From positions 637,785 through 701,784 of the forward strand of contig NZ_JAUSVX010000002.1 in assembly GCF_030814995.1 (NCBI RefSeq): a stretch of DNA of 64,000 nt. The letters run 5' to 3'. The translations under genes were made by a program, and so were the position numbers. The notes beneath the pieces are model-generated. The model had not been told where the DNA came from, did no database searches, and worked only from the letters and a program-made list of their open reading frames with translations. Source of the stretch: Labrys wisconsinensis. GTDB taxonomy: Bacteria > Pseudomonadota > Alphaproteobacteria > Rhizobiales > Labraceae. Below are positions 52,038-61,722 of this stretch, piece by piece (the first letter of the stretch is position 1; every line of letters starts with the position of its first letter).

Positions 52038-52721
52038 TCAGATGCGGCCGAACTCGGCGAGGAGATCTTCCACGGTCTTGCCCTTGGCCACCCATTCGCG
52101 GGTGCCCTGCTCCCGCTCGGCCTGCTCGCGGGCGAGCTCGACCACCTCCTCGGCCTTGCCGAGCGGCACCACCGCGATGCCGATGGTGTCGGCGACGATG
52201 AAGTCGCCGGGATGGACGAGGATGCCGCCGCAGGCGACCGGCACGTTGATGGAGAGCTCCTCCTTGCGGCCGGAGAACATGGTGTGGGTGCCGCGGGCGG
52301 TGATGGCGCGGGTCCAGATCGGCCAGCCGATATCCTCCAGCTCGTCGATATCGCGCCCGGCGCCGTCGACGATCATGCCGCGGATGCCGCGGTTCCTGGC
52401 GAGGCCGCCCATCAGGCCGCCGCAGACCGAGGTCTCGGTGTCGCCGCCGGCATCGACCACGATGATGTCGCCGGCCTGGCCCATCTCCAGGGCTTTCAGC
52501 GGGTCGACCAGGTCGCCCTTGGAGAGCTGCACGGTGAGCGCCTGGCCCACGGCCTTGGCCTTGAAGGGCGGCTTGATCGCCGAGCTCATCACGCCGGTGC
52601 GGTACATGACATCGGCGAAGACGCAGGAGGCGGAGTAGCATCTGGCCACCGCGTCGAACCTTGAGAGCAGGTCCGGACGTCGTTCGAAATCGGCGAAGGT
52701 CTTGAGCATGGTCTTGTCCAA
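52038..52721 (-). CDS. RraA-family protein (4-hydroxy-4-methyl-2-oxoglutarate aldolase / oxaloacetate decarboxylase-like)
   Basis: 227 aa, ...GDIIVVDAGGDTETSVCGGLMGGLARNRGIRGMIVDGAGRDIDEL.... Confidence 0.8.
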   Translation of the reverse strand: MDKTMLKTFADFERRPDLLSRFDAVARCYSASCVFADVMYRTGVMSSAIKPPFKAKAVGQALTVQLSKGDLVDPLKALEMGQAGDIIVVDAGGDTETSVCGGLMGGLARNRGIRGMIVDGAGRDIDELEDIGWPIWTRAITARGTHTMFSGRKEELSINVPVACGGILVHPGDFIVADTIGIAVVPLGKAEEVVELAREQAEREQGTREWVAKGKTVEDLLAEFGRI

Positions 52722-52748
52722 ATGAAGCTGAGTGAGAGGCCCGTTCCG

Positions 52749-53780
52749 CTAGGCGAGGGCAAGGGAGACGCCGCCTGATGCCACCGTGTTGACGGGGTTG
52801 AGCGGCCGCTCGTCGGTGAGGACGCGCCGCACCTCGGAGGCCGCGATCTCGCGGGCGAGCCGGATGGACTGCTCGGAGTAATAGGCCGCGTGCGGCGTGA
52901 CGATCACGGCGGGATGGCTGAACAGCGGGTTGTCCGCCGGATTCCAGGAGGCCCGCTTCGCCGGCTCCTCCTCCGGATCGTCGAGCCCGGCGCCGGCGAC
53001 GCGGCCCTCCAGCAGCGCCGCATGCAGCGCCGCGTTGTCGATGGTCGGGCCGCGGCCGGTGTTGACGATGATGACGCCGGGCTTCATCAGGCCGAACTCC
53101 CGGGACCCGAGGAAATGCCGGGTCTCGGCCGTCATCGGCACCTGCATCATGATGACGTCGGCCCTGGCCAGCAGCTCGTCCTTGCCGACCTTCACGGCGC
53201 CGTGCTCGGCGATGGCCGCATCCGGCAGATAGGGATCGTAGACGATCCGCTCCACCCCGAAGGCGCGGGCGCGGGCGCCGATGGCCTGGCCGATCTTGCC
53301 GAAGGAGACGATGCCCATGGTCTGGCCGCGCAGCCGGTGGACCGGCGCGCCGGACTGCCAGCGCCAGATGCCTTCGTGCGTCGCCCGGTCGTATTGGAAC
53401 AGCTTGCGGGCAAGGGCCATCCACAGGGCGACGGCGTGGTCGGCCACCTCCTCGGTGCAGTAGTCGCGCACGTTGGTGACCTGGATGTTGCGCGCCGTCG
53501 CCGCGTCGACGTCGACGATGTCGACGCCGATGCCGTAGCGGGCGATCACCCTGCAGCGGGTCATGGCGGCGATGGTCCGGGCGCCGACGCGGGCATATTG
53601 GTTCATGATGGCGTCGCAGTCGGCGGCATCAGCGAGGAGGTCGTCCTCGCGCCTGGCCTGCAGCGCCACGACCTCGGCGCCGATCGGCTCGAGGATGGCG
53701 CGCTCGATGTCGGTGTCGCCGTAGTCGAAATCGGTGATGACGACCTTGAAGCGGCGAGCGGCCCCCTGCGCGTCAGACAT
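52749..53780 (-). CDS. D-isomer-specific 2-hydroxyacid dehydrogenase family (NAD-binding)
   Basis: 343 aa, ...GIVSFGKIGQAIGARARAFGVERIVYDPY...TPHAAYYS.... Confidence 0.85.
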   Translation of the reverse strand: MSDAQGAARRFKVVITDFDYGDTDIERAILEPIGAEVVALQARREDDLLADAADCDAIMNQYARVGARTIAAMTRCRVIARYGIGVDIVDVDAATARNIQVTNVRDYCTEEVADHAVALWMALARKLFQYDRATHEGIWRWQSGAPVHRLRGQTMGIVSFGKIGQAIGARARAFGVERIVYDPYLPDAAIAEHGAVKVGKDELLARADVIMMQVPMTAETRHFLGSREFGLMKPGVIIVNTGRGPTIDNAALHAALLEGRVAGAGLDDPEEEPAKRASWNPADNPLFSHPAVIVTPHAAYYSEQSIRLAREIAASEVRRVLTDERPLNPVNTVASGGVSLALA

Positions 53781-54270
53781 AGGCGCCGGCCGAGTAGGTC
53801 AGCTCGTAGCTGTGGCTGTAGATCTCGACGATGTTGCCGAACGGATCCTCGCAATAGATCATCCGGTAGGGCTTCTGGCCGGGATAGTAGCTGCGCACCT
53901 GCTGCATGCGCTGGCGCCCGCCATAGTGTTCGATCAGCCTGATGCGGCCCTCCAGGTCGGGATCCTGGACGCAGAGGTGGAACAGGCCCGGGCGCCAATA
54001 TTCGAAGGGGCGGCGCTCCGGTTCGGTCTTCGGAAACTCGAACAGCTCGAAGCCGATGCCGTCGGCGGTGGCGAGATGGGCGATGCGGAAGGAGCCCCAG
54101 CCCTCTCCGAACACGTCGTCGCACATCTGGCCGATGGCGCTGTCGTCGTGGTTGACGGTGGTCGGTCCCATGATCACGTAGAGGCCGAGGGCCTTGGAGT
54201 AGAACTCCACCCCCTTCTCGAGGTCGGGCACGGTGATGCCGACATGGCTGAAGCTGACGGGTGCGGTCAT
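53773..54270 (-). CDS. VOC/glyoxalase-family protein
   Basis: 165 aa, MTAPVSFSHVGITVPDLEKGVEFYSKALGLYVIMGP.... AAGGAG Shine-Dalgarno sequence. 8-nt overlap with the downstream dehydrogenase gene. Confidence 0.8.
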   Translation of the reverse strand: MTAPVSFSHVGITVPDLEKGVEFYSKALGLYVIMGPTTVNHDDSAIGQMCDDVFGEGWGSFRIAHLATADGIGFELFEFPKTEPERRPFEYWRPGLFHLCVQDPDLEGRIRLIEHYGGRQRMQQVRSYYPGQKPYRMIYCEDPFGNIVEIYSHSYELTYSAGAYV

Positions 54271-55250
54271 GGCACGCTCCTTGAGGACCGGACGGGAAGG
54301 ATGAGGGTGGCGAGGCGCCCGATCTCGGCGCGCCACATGTCGATGCCGACCGCGAGCAGAATGATCGCCCCGGTGATGACGTTCTGGGCGGAGGTCGGCA
54401 CCGCGTTAAGGTTGAGGCCGTTCTGGACGATGACGATGGTCATGGCGCCGATCACGGTGTTGAGGATGTTGCCGCGCCCGCCGGCGAGGCTCGCCCCGCC
54501 GATGACGGCGGCCGCGATGGCCGAGAGCTCCAGGCCGACGCCGTAATTGGGCGAGCCGGAGTTGAGCCGCGCCGCCATCAGGATCGCGCCGATCGCCGCG
54601 GTCAGCCCGGCGAGGGTGAAGGCGACGAGCTGGATGCGCCTGACGTCGATGCCGGAGAGCCGCGCCGCGTTGGGGTTGCCGCCGACGGCGTAGATGGACC
54701 GGCCGAGCGCCGTCCAGCGCAGGAAGCAGAAGGCGAGCGCATAGAGGGCCGCGAGGTAGAACAGCGGCAGGGGCACGCCCGCGAGCCTGCCATAGAACAG
54801 GGGCTCCAGCAGCGGCGAGGCCTGGAACACCGGCGAGCCGTTGTTGAACATGAAGGCGAGGCCGCGGAACATCGACAGCCCGGCCAGGGTGACGATGAAG
54901 GAGGGAATGCGCAGATAGGCCGCCATGAGGCCGTTCAGGGCGCCGAGGCCGATGCCGATGGCGAGCGTCATCACGATCGCCACCGGGAACGGCACGCCCC
55001 AGAGCTTGACGGCGGAGGCGAAGACCACCGTCATCAGCGCGATCATCGAGCCTGGTGACAGGTCGATGCCGCCGGTGAAGATGACGATGGTCGAGCCGAT
55101 GGCGAGGATGGCGACGATCGACACCTGCAGGATCAGGTTCGACAGGTTGCCCCAGGCGAGGAAGTTGGCGGTGGTCGCGGCGACGAGCAGCGCCACCAGG
55201 ATCATGGCCGAGAGCGGGCCGGTGATCTCGCGAAGGATCGAGTGTCTCAT
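54267..55250 (-). CDS. Sugar ABC transporter permease (RbsC/XylH type)
   Basis: 327-aa polytopic protein with 4-nt overlaps to the flanking ATPase and VOC genes. Confidence 0.85.
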   Translation of the reverse strand: MRHSILREITGPLSAMILVALLVAATTANFLAWGNLSNLILQVSIVAILAIGSTIVIFTGGIDLSPGSMIALMTVVFASAVKLWGVPFPVAIVMTLAIGIGLGALNGLMAAYLRIPSFIVTLAGLSMFRGLAFMFNNGSPVFQASPLLEPLFYGRLAGVPLPLFYLAALYALAFCFLRWTALGRSIYAVGGNPNAARLSGIDVRRIQLVAFTLAGLTAAIGAILMAARLNSGSPNYGVGLELSAIAAAVIGGASLAGGRGNILNTVIGAMTIVIVQNGLNLNAVPTSAQNVITGAIILLAVGIDMWRAEIGRLATLILPVRSSRSVP

Positions 55251-56773
55251 GCGGCTGTCTCCGTCGCCGAAGCCTGGACGAGATCGGTTTTTGCGAGGGT
55301 GCCGGCCTCGCGCACGGCCACGAGGCGGCCATGGCTCATCAGGCCGATGCGGTCCGACATGGCGATCAGCTCGTCATGGTCCGACGAGATCAGGATCACC
55401 GCCTTGCCCGCGGCGGTGAGGCGGTTGATCAGGCGGTAGACCGCGATCTTGGCGCCGATGTCGATGCCTTGCGTCGGCTCGTCGAGGATGAAGAGCTCGG
55501 CGCCGGCGAACAGCCAGCGGGCGATGACCACCTTCTGCTGGTTGCCGCCGGAGAGGAGGCCGACCTCCTTCTCCGCCGCCGCCGGTGTGATCTCCAGATC
55601 CCGGATCAGGCCGCCGCCGGCCCGCGCCTCGCGCGCCAGGCTGATCAGGCCGTGGCGGCCGAGCTTGTCGAGACCCGCCGCCGTGATGTTGGGAAAGCCG
55701 GCGAAGTTGAAGAACAGGCCGTCGAACTTGCGGTTCTCCGGCACCAGGGCGAGGCCGGCCGCAACCGCCTGGCGCGGCGAGCGGAAGGCGACGCGCCGGC
55801 CTTTCCAGACGATCTCGCCGGCGGTCAGCCGGTCGACGCCGAACAGGGCACGGGCAACCTCGGTCCGCCCGGAGCCCAGCACGCCGCCGAGGCCGAAGAC
55901 CTCGCCGCGCCGCACCTCGAAGGAGACGTCGCGGACGCGGTTGGCGGTGGCGATGCCGCGCACGCCGAGGAGGGTCTCGCCGGGCGGCACCCGCTCCTTG
56001 GGATAGTGCTCGCCGACCCTGCCGACCATGGTCTCGACGATGAAGGGGATATCGACGCGGGACTGCTCCGCCGATGAGGCGACCTTGCCATCCTTCATGA
56101 CGGTCACCACGTCGACGAGGCCGACGACCTCGTCCAGCCGGTGGGAGATGTAGAGGATCGTCACGCCGCGGTCCTTCAGCCGGCGCAACAATATATGAAG
56201 CCGGCTAATTTCATCCAGGCCGAGCGCGGTGGTCGGCTCGTCGAGGATCAGCATGGACGCGTCCGAGGCGAGCGCCTTGGCGATCTCGACCAGCTGCTGC
56301 TCAGCCACCGAGAGGGTCGACACCACCCGGTCGGGATCGATGGCGACGTCCATCTCCGCCAGCACGCGAGTGGCATTGGCGCGCATCGCCGCCCAGTCGA
56401 CGCGCCCTCCGTGCCTGAGCCAGCGGCCGAGGCCGCGCTCTGGCCAGCGGCCGAGATGGACGTTCTCGGCCACGGTGAGGGTCGGCACCAGCGAGAATTC
56501 CTGGAACACGGTGGCGATCCCGGCTTCGCGCGCCGCGATCGGGCTCGCCAGCACCACCGGCTCGCCCCGCCGCAGGATCCGGCCGGCATCGGGCTGGTGG
56601 GCACCGGACAGAACCTTGATCAGGGTCGACTTGCCCGAGCCGTTCTCGCCCATCAGGCCATGGATCTCGCCGGGATGGAGCCGGAGCGAGACATGGTCGT
56701 TGGCGACGACGCCGGGATAGCGCTTGACGATATCGGCCAGTTCCCAGACGGGGCGGCGCTCGCTCATCGGCAA
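55247..56773 (-). CDS. Sugar ABC transporter ATP-binding protein (duplicated ATPase, RbsA-like)
   Basis: 508 aa, two nucleotide-binding domains (GENGSGKST and a second degenerate Walker A; LSGGNQQKVVIARWL). Confidence 0.9.
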   Translation of the reverse strand: MPMSERRPVWELADIVKRYPGVVANDHVSLRLHPGEIHGLMGENGSGKSTLIKVLSGAHQPDAGRILRRGEPVVLASPIAAREAGIATVFQEFSLVPTLTVAENVHLGRWPERGLGRWLRHGGRVDWAAMRANATRVLAEMDVAIDPDRVVSTLSVAEQQLVEIAKALASDASMLILDEPTTALGLDEISRLHILLRRLKDRGVTILYISHRLDEVVGLVDVVTVMKDGKVASSAEQSRVDIPFIVETMVGRVGEHYPKERVPPGETLLGVRGIATANRVRDVSFEVRRGEVFGLGGVLGSGRTEVARALFGVDRLTAGEIVWKGRRVAFRSPRQAVAAGLALVPENRKFDGLFFNFAGFPNITAAGLDKLGRHGLISLAREARAGGGLIRDLEITPAAAEKEVGLLSGGNQQKVVIARWLFAGAELFILDEPTQGIDIGAKIAVYRLINRLTAAGKAVILISSDHDELIAMSDRIGLMSHGRLVAVREAGTLAKTDLVQASATETAA

Positions 56774-56817
56774 TGGTCCTGGCGGGGCGGGGGCAGCCCC
56801 CTCCCCGGCACGCTGGG

Positions 56818-57861
56818 TCAGTAGGAACGGCTCGGCTTGGGATAGAGCCGGTCGGCGGCCTGGAGCACCGGCAGGACGGTGTCCTTGTCGACGATGTTCT
56901 CCGGCGTCTCGACGAAGCCGCCGGGGAACTTGCCGTTGAGCACGTCCAGCGTGACGTCGAAGGCGATCTCGCCCATGACGAAGGGCGTGGTGTTCACCGT
57001 CGCCGTCACCGTGCCGGCCTGGATCTCCTCCAGCGCGGCCGTGTCGCCGTCATTGCCGAGCAGGGTCAGGCCGGAGCGGCCGAGCGACTTGGCCGCCAGC
57101 GCCGCGCCCATGATCATGTAGTCGTTGGCGGCGAACACCACGTCGACGTCGGGATTGGCCTGCAGCAGGTCCATCGCCGCGGTGTTGCCGCCCTCGACGT
57201 TCCAGCCGCCGGGGATCGAGGCCTTGACGGTGATGCCGGGCGTGCCCTTGACCGCGTCGAGGAAGCCGCCGACCCGCTCGGTCGAATGGTAGCCGGGCTG
57301 CCCTTCGATCACGGCGACGGTGGCCGGCTTGCCGGCGAGCTTCTTCAGGAGATAGTCGCCGATCAGATGCGTTCCCTTGCGCTGGGAATAGCCGACCACG
57401 GCATGGACCGGGGTCGGGAAAGCGGCGATGTCGGAATTGACGACGATGACCGCGATGCCCTTGTCGACCGCCAGCTTGACCAGTGGGGCGGCCGCCGCCT
57501 CGTCATGGGTGGAGAGGATGATGGCGTCGACCTTGCGGGTGATGGCGTCCTGGATCATGCCCATCTGGCCGTTGATGTCGGCGCCCGACTGCGGCGCCAG
57601 CATGAAGGTGTCGACCCCGGCCTTGGCCGCCCTCGCCTTGATGCCCTCGCCGATGGCGATGTAGTAGTTGAACTCCGTCGCTGGCGGCATGTAGGCGATG
57701 GTGATCTTGGCCGTCGGCTTGAACGCCTTGGTATCGGCCTGTGAGCCCTGGGCGAGCGGCACGGGGGCGGGATAGTCCGCGGCGGCAGCCGCGCCGGCCA
57801 TGCCGAGCATGGCTGCGCCCAGCATCAGGGCGATGCTGCGCCGGTCGAAGATGGTCGTCAT
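56818..57861 (-). CDS. Sugar ABC transporter periplasmic substrate-binding protein
   Basis: 347 aa with signal peptide MTTIFDRRSIALMLGAAMLGMAGAAAAA. Periplasmic-binding-protein type I fold features. Confidence 0.85.
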   Translation of the reverse strand: MTTIFDRRSIALMLGAAMLGMAGAAAAADYPAPVPLAQGSQADTKAFKPTAKITIAYMPPATEFNYYIAIGEGIKARAAKAGVDTFMLAPQSGADINGQMGMIQDAITRKVDAIILSTHDEAAAAPLVKLAVDKGIAVIVVNSDIAAFPTPVHAVVGYSQRKGTHLIGDYLLKKLAGKPATVAVIEGQPGYHSTERVGGFLDAVKGTPGITVKASIPGGWNVEGGNTAAMDLLQANPDVDVVFAANDYMIMGAALAAKSLGRSGLTLLGNDGDTAALEEIQAGTVTATVNTTPFVMGEIAFDVTLDVLNGKFPGGFVETPENIVDKDTVLPVLQAADRLYPKPSRSY

Positions 57862-57899
57862 GCTCTTTCCTCCCTGTTCGGCGGCACGCGCCGTGTCGT

Positions 57900-58775
57900 T
57901 CAGCCCGCGAAGGGCGTGTCGGCCACGCCGCGCACGCCCGGCACGGCGATGAAGAGGCTGCCGGCGGCCGGCTGGCGCGCCAGGTCCTCGCCGGCGAGGC
58001 CGAGCCGGGACGTGGTGATGTAGAGGGTGGCGAGATCCGGGCCGCCGAAGGCGCAGCAGGTCGGGCGGGCGACGGGCAGCTCGATCACCGCGGCGAGGCG
58101 ACCCTCCGGTGACCAGCGCTCCACCCGTCCGCCGTCCCAGACTGCGTTCCAGATAAAGCCCTCGGCATCGACGCAGGACCCGTCCGGCACGCCCTGCCCT
58201 GCCCGCTCGACCAGGGTCCGGCGCTGCCCGGGCGTGCCCGCTGCCTGGTCATAGGCGAAGGCCTCGATCCGCCGGGTCAGCGAATCGGCGAAATAGAGCG
58301 TGGAGCCATCCGGCGAGAAGCAGGTCGAGTTGGCGCAGGCGACGCCGTCGAACAGCGTGGTCACGACGCCATCGGCGTCGACCCGCGCCACCGAGGAGAC
58401 CGGCCGGCCGTCCCGCTCGTCCATGCCGCCGAGGACGAAGCGGCCCTGCCGATCGGTGCGGCCGTCGTTGAGGCGCGTCTGCGGCAAGTCCGGCTCGAAG
58501 GCGGCGAGGTCCTCGCGTCGCCCGGTGTCCAGGTCGAGGAAGGCGATTCCTTCCGCAAAACCCGCCAGGATCCCGGTCGGGGCACGGCCGGCGCGCGGGG
58601 CAAAGCAGCAGACGCGGCCGGGCACGGCATAGGAGCGCGTCGCGCCGGTGGCGGGATCGAGGCTCCAGACGCGCTCGCCATGAATGTCGGTCCACATCAC
58701 CAGCCCGTGCTCGGCGGACCAGAGCACCCCTTCGCCGTGCTGATTGGCGCAATCGACGAGCAGCCTCGCCTGCAT
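57900..58775 (-). CDS. SMP-30/gluconolactonase/LRE-family protein
   Basis: Product MQARLLVDCANQHGEGVLWSAEHGLVMWTDIHGERVWSLDPATG...RLNDGRTDRQGRFVLGGM.... The ATG was placed using the track ORF frame (the track uses an upstream TTG). Confidence 0.8.
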   Translation of the reverse strand: MQARLLVDCANQHGEGVLWSAEHGLVMWTDIHGERVWSLDPATGATRSYAVPGRVCCFAPRAGRAPTGILAGFAEGIAFLDLDTGRREDLAAFEPDLPQTRLNDGRTDRQGRFVLGGMDERDGRPVSSVARVDADGVVTTLFDGVACANSTCFSPDGSTLYFADSLTRRIEAFAYDQAAGTPGQRRTLVERAGQGVPDGSCVDAEGFIWNAVWDGGRVERWSPEGRLAAVIELPVARPTCCAFGGPDLATLYITTSRLGLAGEDLARQPAAGSLFIAVPGVRGVADTPFAG

Positions 58776-58906
58776 CCGCTTTCCCCCTTCACAGCCGCAC
58801 GCGCTGTGGCGTGCATTGGTATCTGGTGTACCAGACAGCAGGTATCTCGACAAGCGCGTTGTGTTGGACTACGCCTGTGCATGGGTTTCGGGGGAGAGGT
58901 TCGGCC

Positions 58907-59626
58907 ATGCGTCCCATTCAGCGTCCTCGCTCGCTGGCCTCGACGGTGCTCGACCAGCTGCGCGCCTCCATCGTCCGCGGCGACTTCGAGCTCGGCGCCC
59001 CGCTCTCCGAGCGCCAGCTCTCGGAAAGCCTCGGCGTCTCCAAGACGCCGGTGCGCGAGGCCCTGGCCCAGCTCAAGATGGAAGGGCTGGTCAAGATCTT
59101 CCCGCAGCGCGGGGCCTTCGTCTTCTCGCTGTCGGCGCGCGAGGTGATCGACCTGTGCGAATTGCGTCTGACGCTGGAGACCGCGGCGCTGCGCCTCGCC
59201 TTCGCCCGCCAGCGCAAGCCCCTGACCGACGGCCTCGCCAAGGTGACCGCGCGCATGCGCAAGGCCAAGGCCGACAACGACCTGCGCACCTATCTCGCCG
59301 CCGACACGGCCTTTCACGAAGTCCTGTTCGAGAGCTGCGGCAACCCGCTCTTCGCCGAGGCCTATGGCATGCATTCCGGCAAGATCGCCGCCCTGCGCAA
59401 CCATCTGGCGGCCAAGCCGCGCCATACCGACCTTTCCTTTACCGAGCATGTCGAGATGGTCGATCTTCTCGTCCGCGGCGAGATCGAGCAGGCCCTCGCC
59501 GTGCTGGAGACCCATATCGGCCGGACCCGGGCGACCTATGCCGCCTGGATCGAGGACATCGCCGCCGCCGACCGCCGCCAGGAGACGGCGGCGAGGCTGC
59601 GGCAGGGCGACGCGTCGGAGGACTGA
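58907..59626 (+). CDS. GntR-family (FadR/FCD subfamily) transcriptional regulator
   Basis: Product MRPIQRPRSLASTVLDQLRASIVRGDFELGAPLSERQLSESLGVSKTPVREALAQLKMEGLV.... GGGGGAGAGG Shine-Dalgarno sequence. Divergent from the gluconolactonase/ABC operon. Confidence 0.85.
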   Translation: MRPIQRPRSLASTVLDQLRASIVRGDFELGAPLSERQLSESLGVSKTPVREALAQLKMEGLVKIFPQRGAFVFSLSAREVIDLCELRLTLETAALRLAFARQRKPLTDGLAKVTARMRKAKADNDLRTYLAADTAFHEVLFESCGNPLFAEAYGMHSGKIAALRNHLAAKPRHTDLSFTEHVEMVDLLVRGEIEQALAVLETHIGRTRATYAAWIEDIAAADRRQETAARLRQGDASED

Positions 59627-60121
59627 CGGCGGCAAGCGTTCTCAGTCGGCGCCGTGCCGCAGCCGCCCTGGGCGCGATGTTCATGGGATCGGCCGGTATA
59701 GCCGTCGCATCCATCACCACGGGCAAGACCGGTGACAGATCTCGCAAGACGATCCGGCGACTGCCGTCGCGGCTGCTCCGCCGCTTCCTCCCTGCAGCCA
59801 AGCCGCCCGCTCGGCAGCGCGACGACCGGCAAGATGCTGGAATCCCGGATCGATCTCGGCCTATGGTGCGAAGCGGGGCATGCGACCGGCGGAGAATTAG
59901 CTCAGAATTAGAACTTCGACTGTGCCAGGGAACAATTCGAAAAGACATGATTCTCGTCGGATCTATGCCTATGTCGGCGATTTCCTTTGCAGAGCAGCCC
60001 CGATACGACCACATCTCTTCAGGCGGGGGGAAGAACAGATACGGCAGCGAGGTTTCACGAACCCGTCATTGCAGCCGGCTACCCCACCGTCTCGCTCGGG
60101 GGCGCGAGACGGGGATCACCC

Positions 60122-61648
60122 ATGAAGAGGTTCGGACGGATCTTGGCTGCCGGCGCCGTTGCGGCCGGCACGGTTGCAGCGGCATCCGGTGCGGTGGCCG
60201 CGCCCTACCAGCACGTGCTGCTGATCAGCATCGACGGGCTGCATGCCCTCGACTTCGCCAATTATGTCGCCGCCCACCCCGCGAGCACCCTGGCGGCCCT
60301 GCAGCGCACCGGGATCTTCTATCCCAACGCCCTCACCTCGGCGCCATCCGATTCCTTCCCGGGCCTGGTGGCCCAGGTCACCGGCGGCACGCCGAAGTCG
60401 ACCGGCGTGTTCTACGACGACAGCTACGACCGCACCTATTTCGCGCCGGGCTCGGGCTGCAAGGGCGATCCGGGCACGGAGGTCTCCTTCGCCGAGAACG
60501 TCGACGTGGATTCGACCCGGCTCGACGGCGGCGGCAAGCCGGGCGACGCGCGCAGCCAGATCGACGCCGCCAAGCTTCCCCAGGCGCTGGTCGACGGCAA
60601 GTGCGTCACGATCTATCCGCACGATTTCGTGCGCGTGAACAACATCTTCGAGATCGTCAAGCAGCATGGCGGGCGCACCGCCTGGTCGGACAAGCATCCC
60701 GCCTATGAATGGCTCAACGGCCCCTCCGGCAGTGGCCTCGACGATTTCTACGCCCTGGAGCAGGACAGCCTGATCCCCGGCACCAAGGTGAAGACGACCG
60801 GCAGCTTCAAGGCGCAGCGCGACTTCGACGAAGCGCGCGTCAAGGTGCTGCTCAACGAGATCAAGGGCCTGGACAGCACCGGCGCCCACGCCGCCCCCGT
60901 TCCGGCCCTGTTCGGCATGAACTTCCAGGCGGTGAGCGTCGGCCAGAAGCTGCCGAAGTCCGGCCCGGGCGACGAGCCGAACCTCGCCGGCGGCTATGCC
61001 GACGCCGGCGGCACGCCGAACAGCGGCCTCGCGGCGCAGCTCGCCTATGTCGACGGCGCGCTCGGCGAGATCGTCGGCGCGCTCAAGGACAATCACCTCG
61101 CCGACGCGACGCTCGTCATCCTGGCCTCCAAGCACGGCCAGTCGCCGATCGATCCCGCCACGTTCCAGGCGCTCGACGATGATCCCTACACCAAGACGCC
61201 GGGCTATGGCTTCCATATCGCCGACGACGCCTCGCTGATCTGGCTGAAGCCGCAGGATCGCGCGGCCAAGCTGGCTGCTGCCCAGGACTATCTGAAGAGC
61301 CAGATCAAGGCCTTCGGCATCGGCCAGATCCAGACGCCGGGCGCCCTCGCCCTCGCCTATCAGGACCCGGCAAAGGACTCCCGCACGCCGGACTTCATCG
61401 TCACCGTCAATCCCGGCGTGGTCTACACCTCCGGCTCCAAGATCGCCGAGCACGGCGGCGCCAACTGGAACGACCGCAACGTCGCCCTGCTGGTCAGCAG
61501 CCCCGCGCTCGCCGGCCGGACGGTTCCTGCCCTGGTGCAGACGACGCAGGTCGCCCCCACCATCCTGCGCGCCCTCGGCTATGATCCGCAGGAGCTGCAG
61601 GCGGTGAAGCAGGAGGGAACCCAGGACCTGCCCGCCCTGCCGTTCTGA
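60122..61648 (+). CDS. Secreted alkaline-phosphatase-superfamily protein (nucleotide pyrophosphatase/phosphodiesterase-like)
   Basis: Signal peptide MKRFGRILAAGAVAAGTVAAASGAVAAP, then ...YQHVLLISIDGLHALDF... (metal-binding Asp motif of type I phosphodiesterases). Confidence 0.8.
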   Translation: MKRFGRILAAGAVAAGTVAAASGAVAAPYQHVLLISIDGLHALDFANYVAAHPASTLAALQRTGIFYPNALTSAPSDSFPGLVAQVTGGTPKSTGVFYDDSYDRTYFAPGSGCKGDPGTEVSFAENVDVDSTRLDGGGKPGDARSQIDAAKLPQALVDGKCVTIYPHDFVRVNNIFEIVKQHGGRTAWSDKHPAYEWLNGPSGSGLDDFYALEQDSLIPGTKVKTTGSFKAQRDFDEARVKVLLNEIKGLDSTGAHAAPVPALFGMNFQAVSVGQKLPKSGPGDEPNLAGGYADAGGTPNSGLAAQLAYVDGALGEIVGALKDNHLADATLVILASKHGQSPIDPATFQALDDDPYTKTPGYGFHIADDASLIWLKPQDRAAKLAAAQDYLKSQIKAFGIGQIQTPGALALAYQDPAKDSRTPDFIVTVNPGVVYTSGSKIAEHGGANWNDRNVALLVSSPALAGRTVPALVQTTQVAPTILRALGYDPQELQAVKQEGTQDLPALPF

Positions 61649-61684
61649 GGCGGCGGACCTTCGGCAGAGTGATGACACGCCGGC

Positions 61685-61722
61685 GCCGGGCAGCCCCAAC
61701 AGGGCCGCCCGGCATCACTTTT
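61685..61722 (+). terminator. Possible weak intrinsic terminator after the phosphodiesterase gene
   Basis: GCCGGGC...GCCCGGC stem with a long loop, followed by CACTTTTTCG. Convergent with the stop of the beta-propeller gene. Confidence 0.3.

Noticed and set aside
59640-60121. Lower-GC, repeat-containing (gaattag x2) region upstream of the phosphodiesterase gene examined for a Pho box or riboswitch
   Set aside because: Only a single CTGTCAC half-site was found, and no convincing tandem Pho-box or conserved riboswitch structure was recognisable by eye. Left as an ordinary promoter region.
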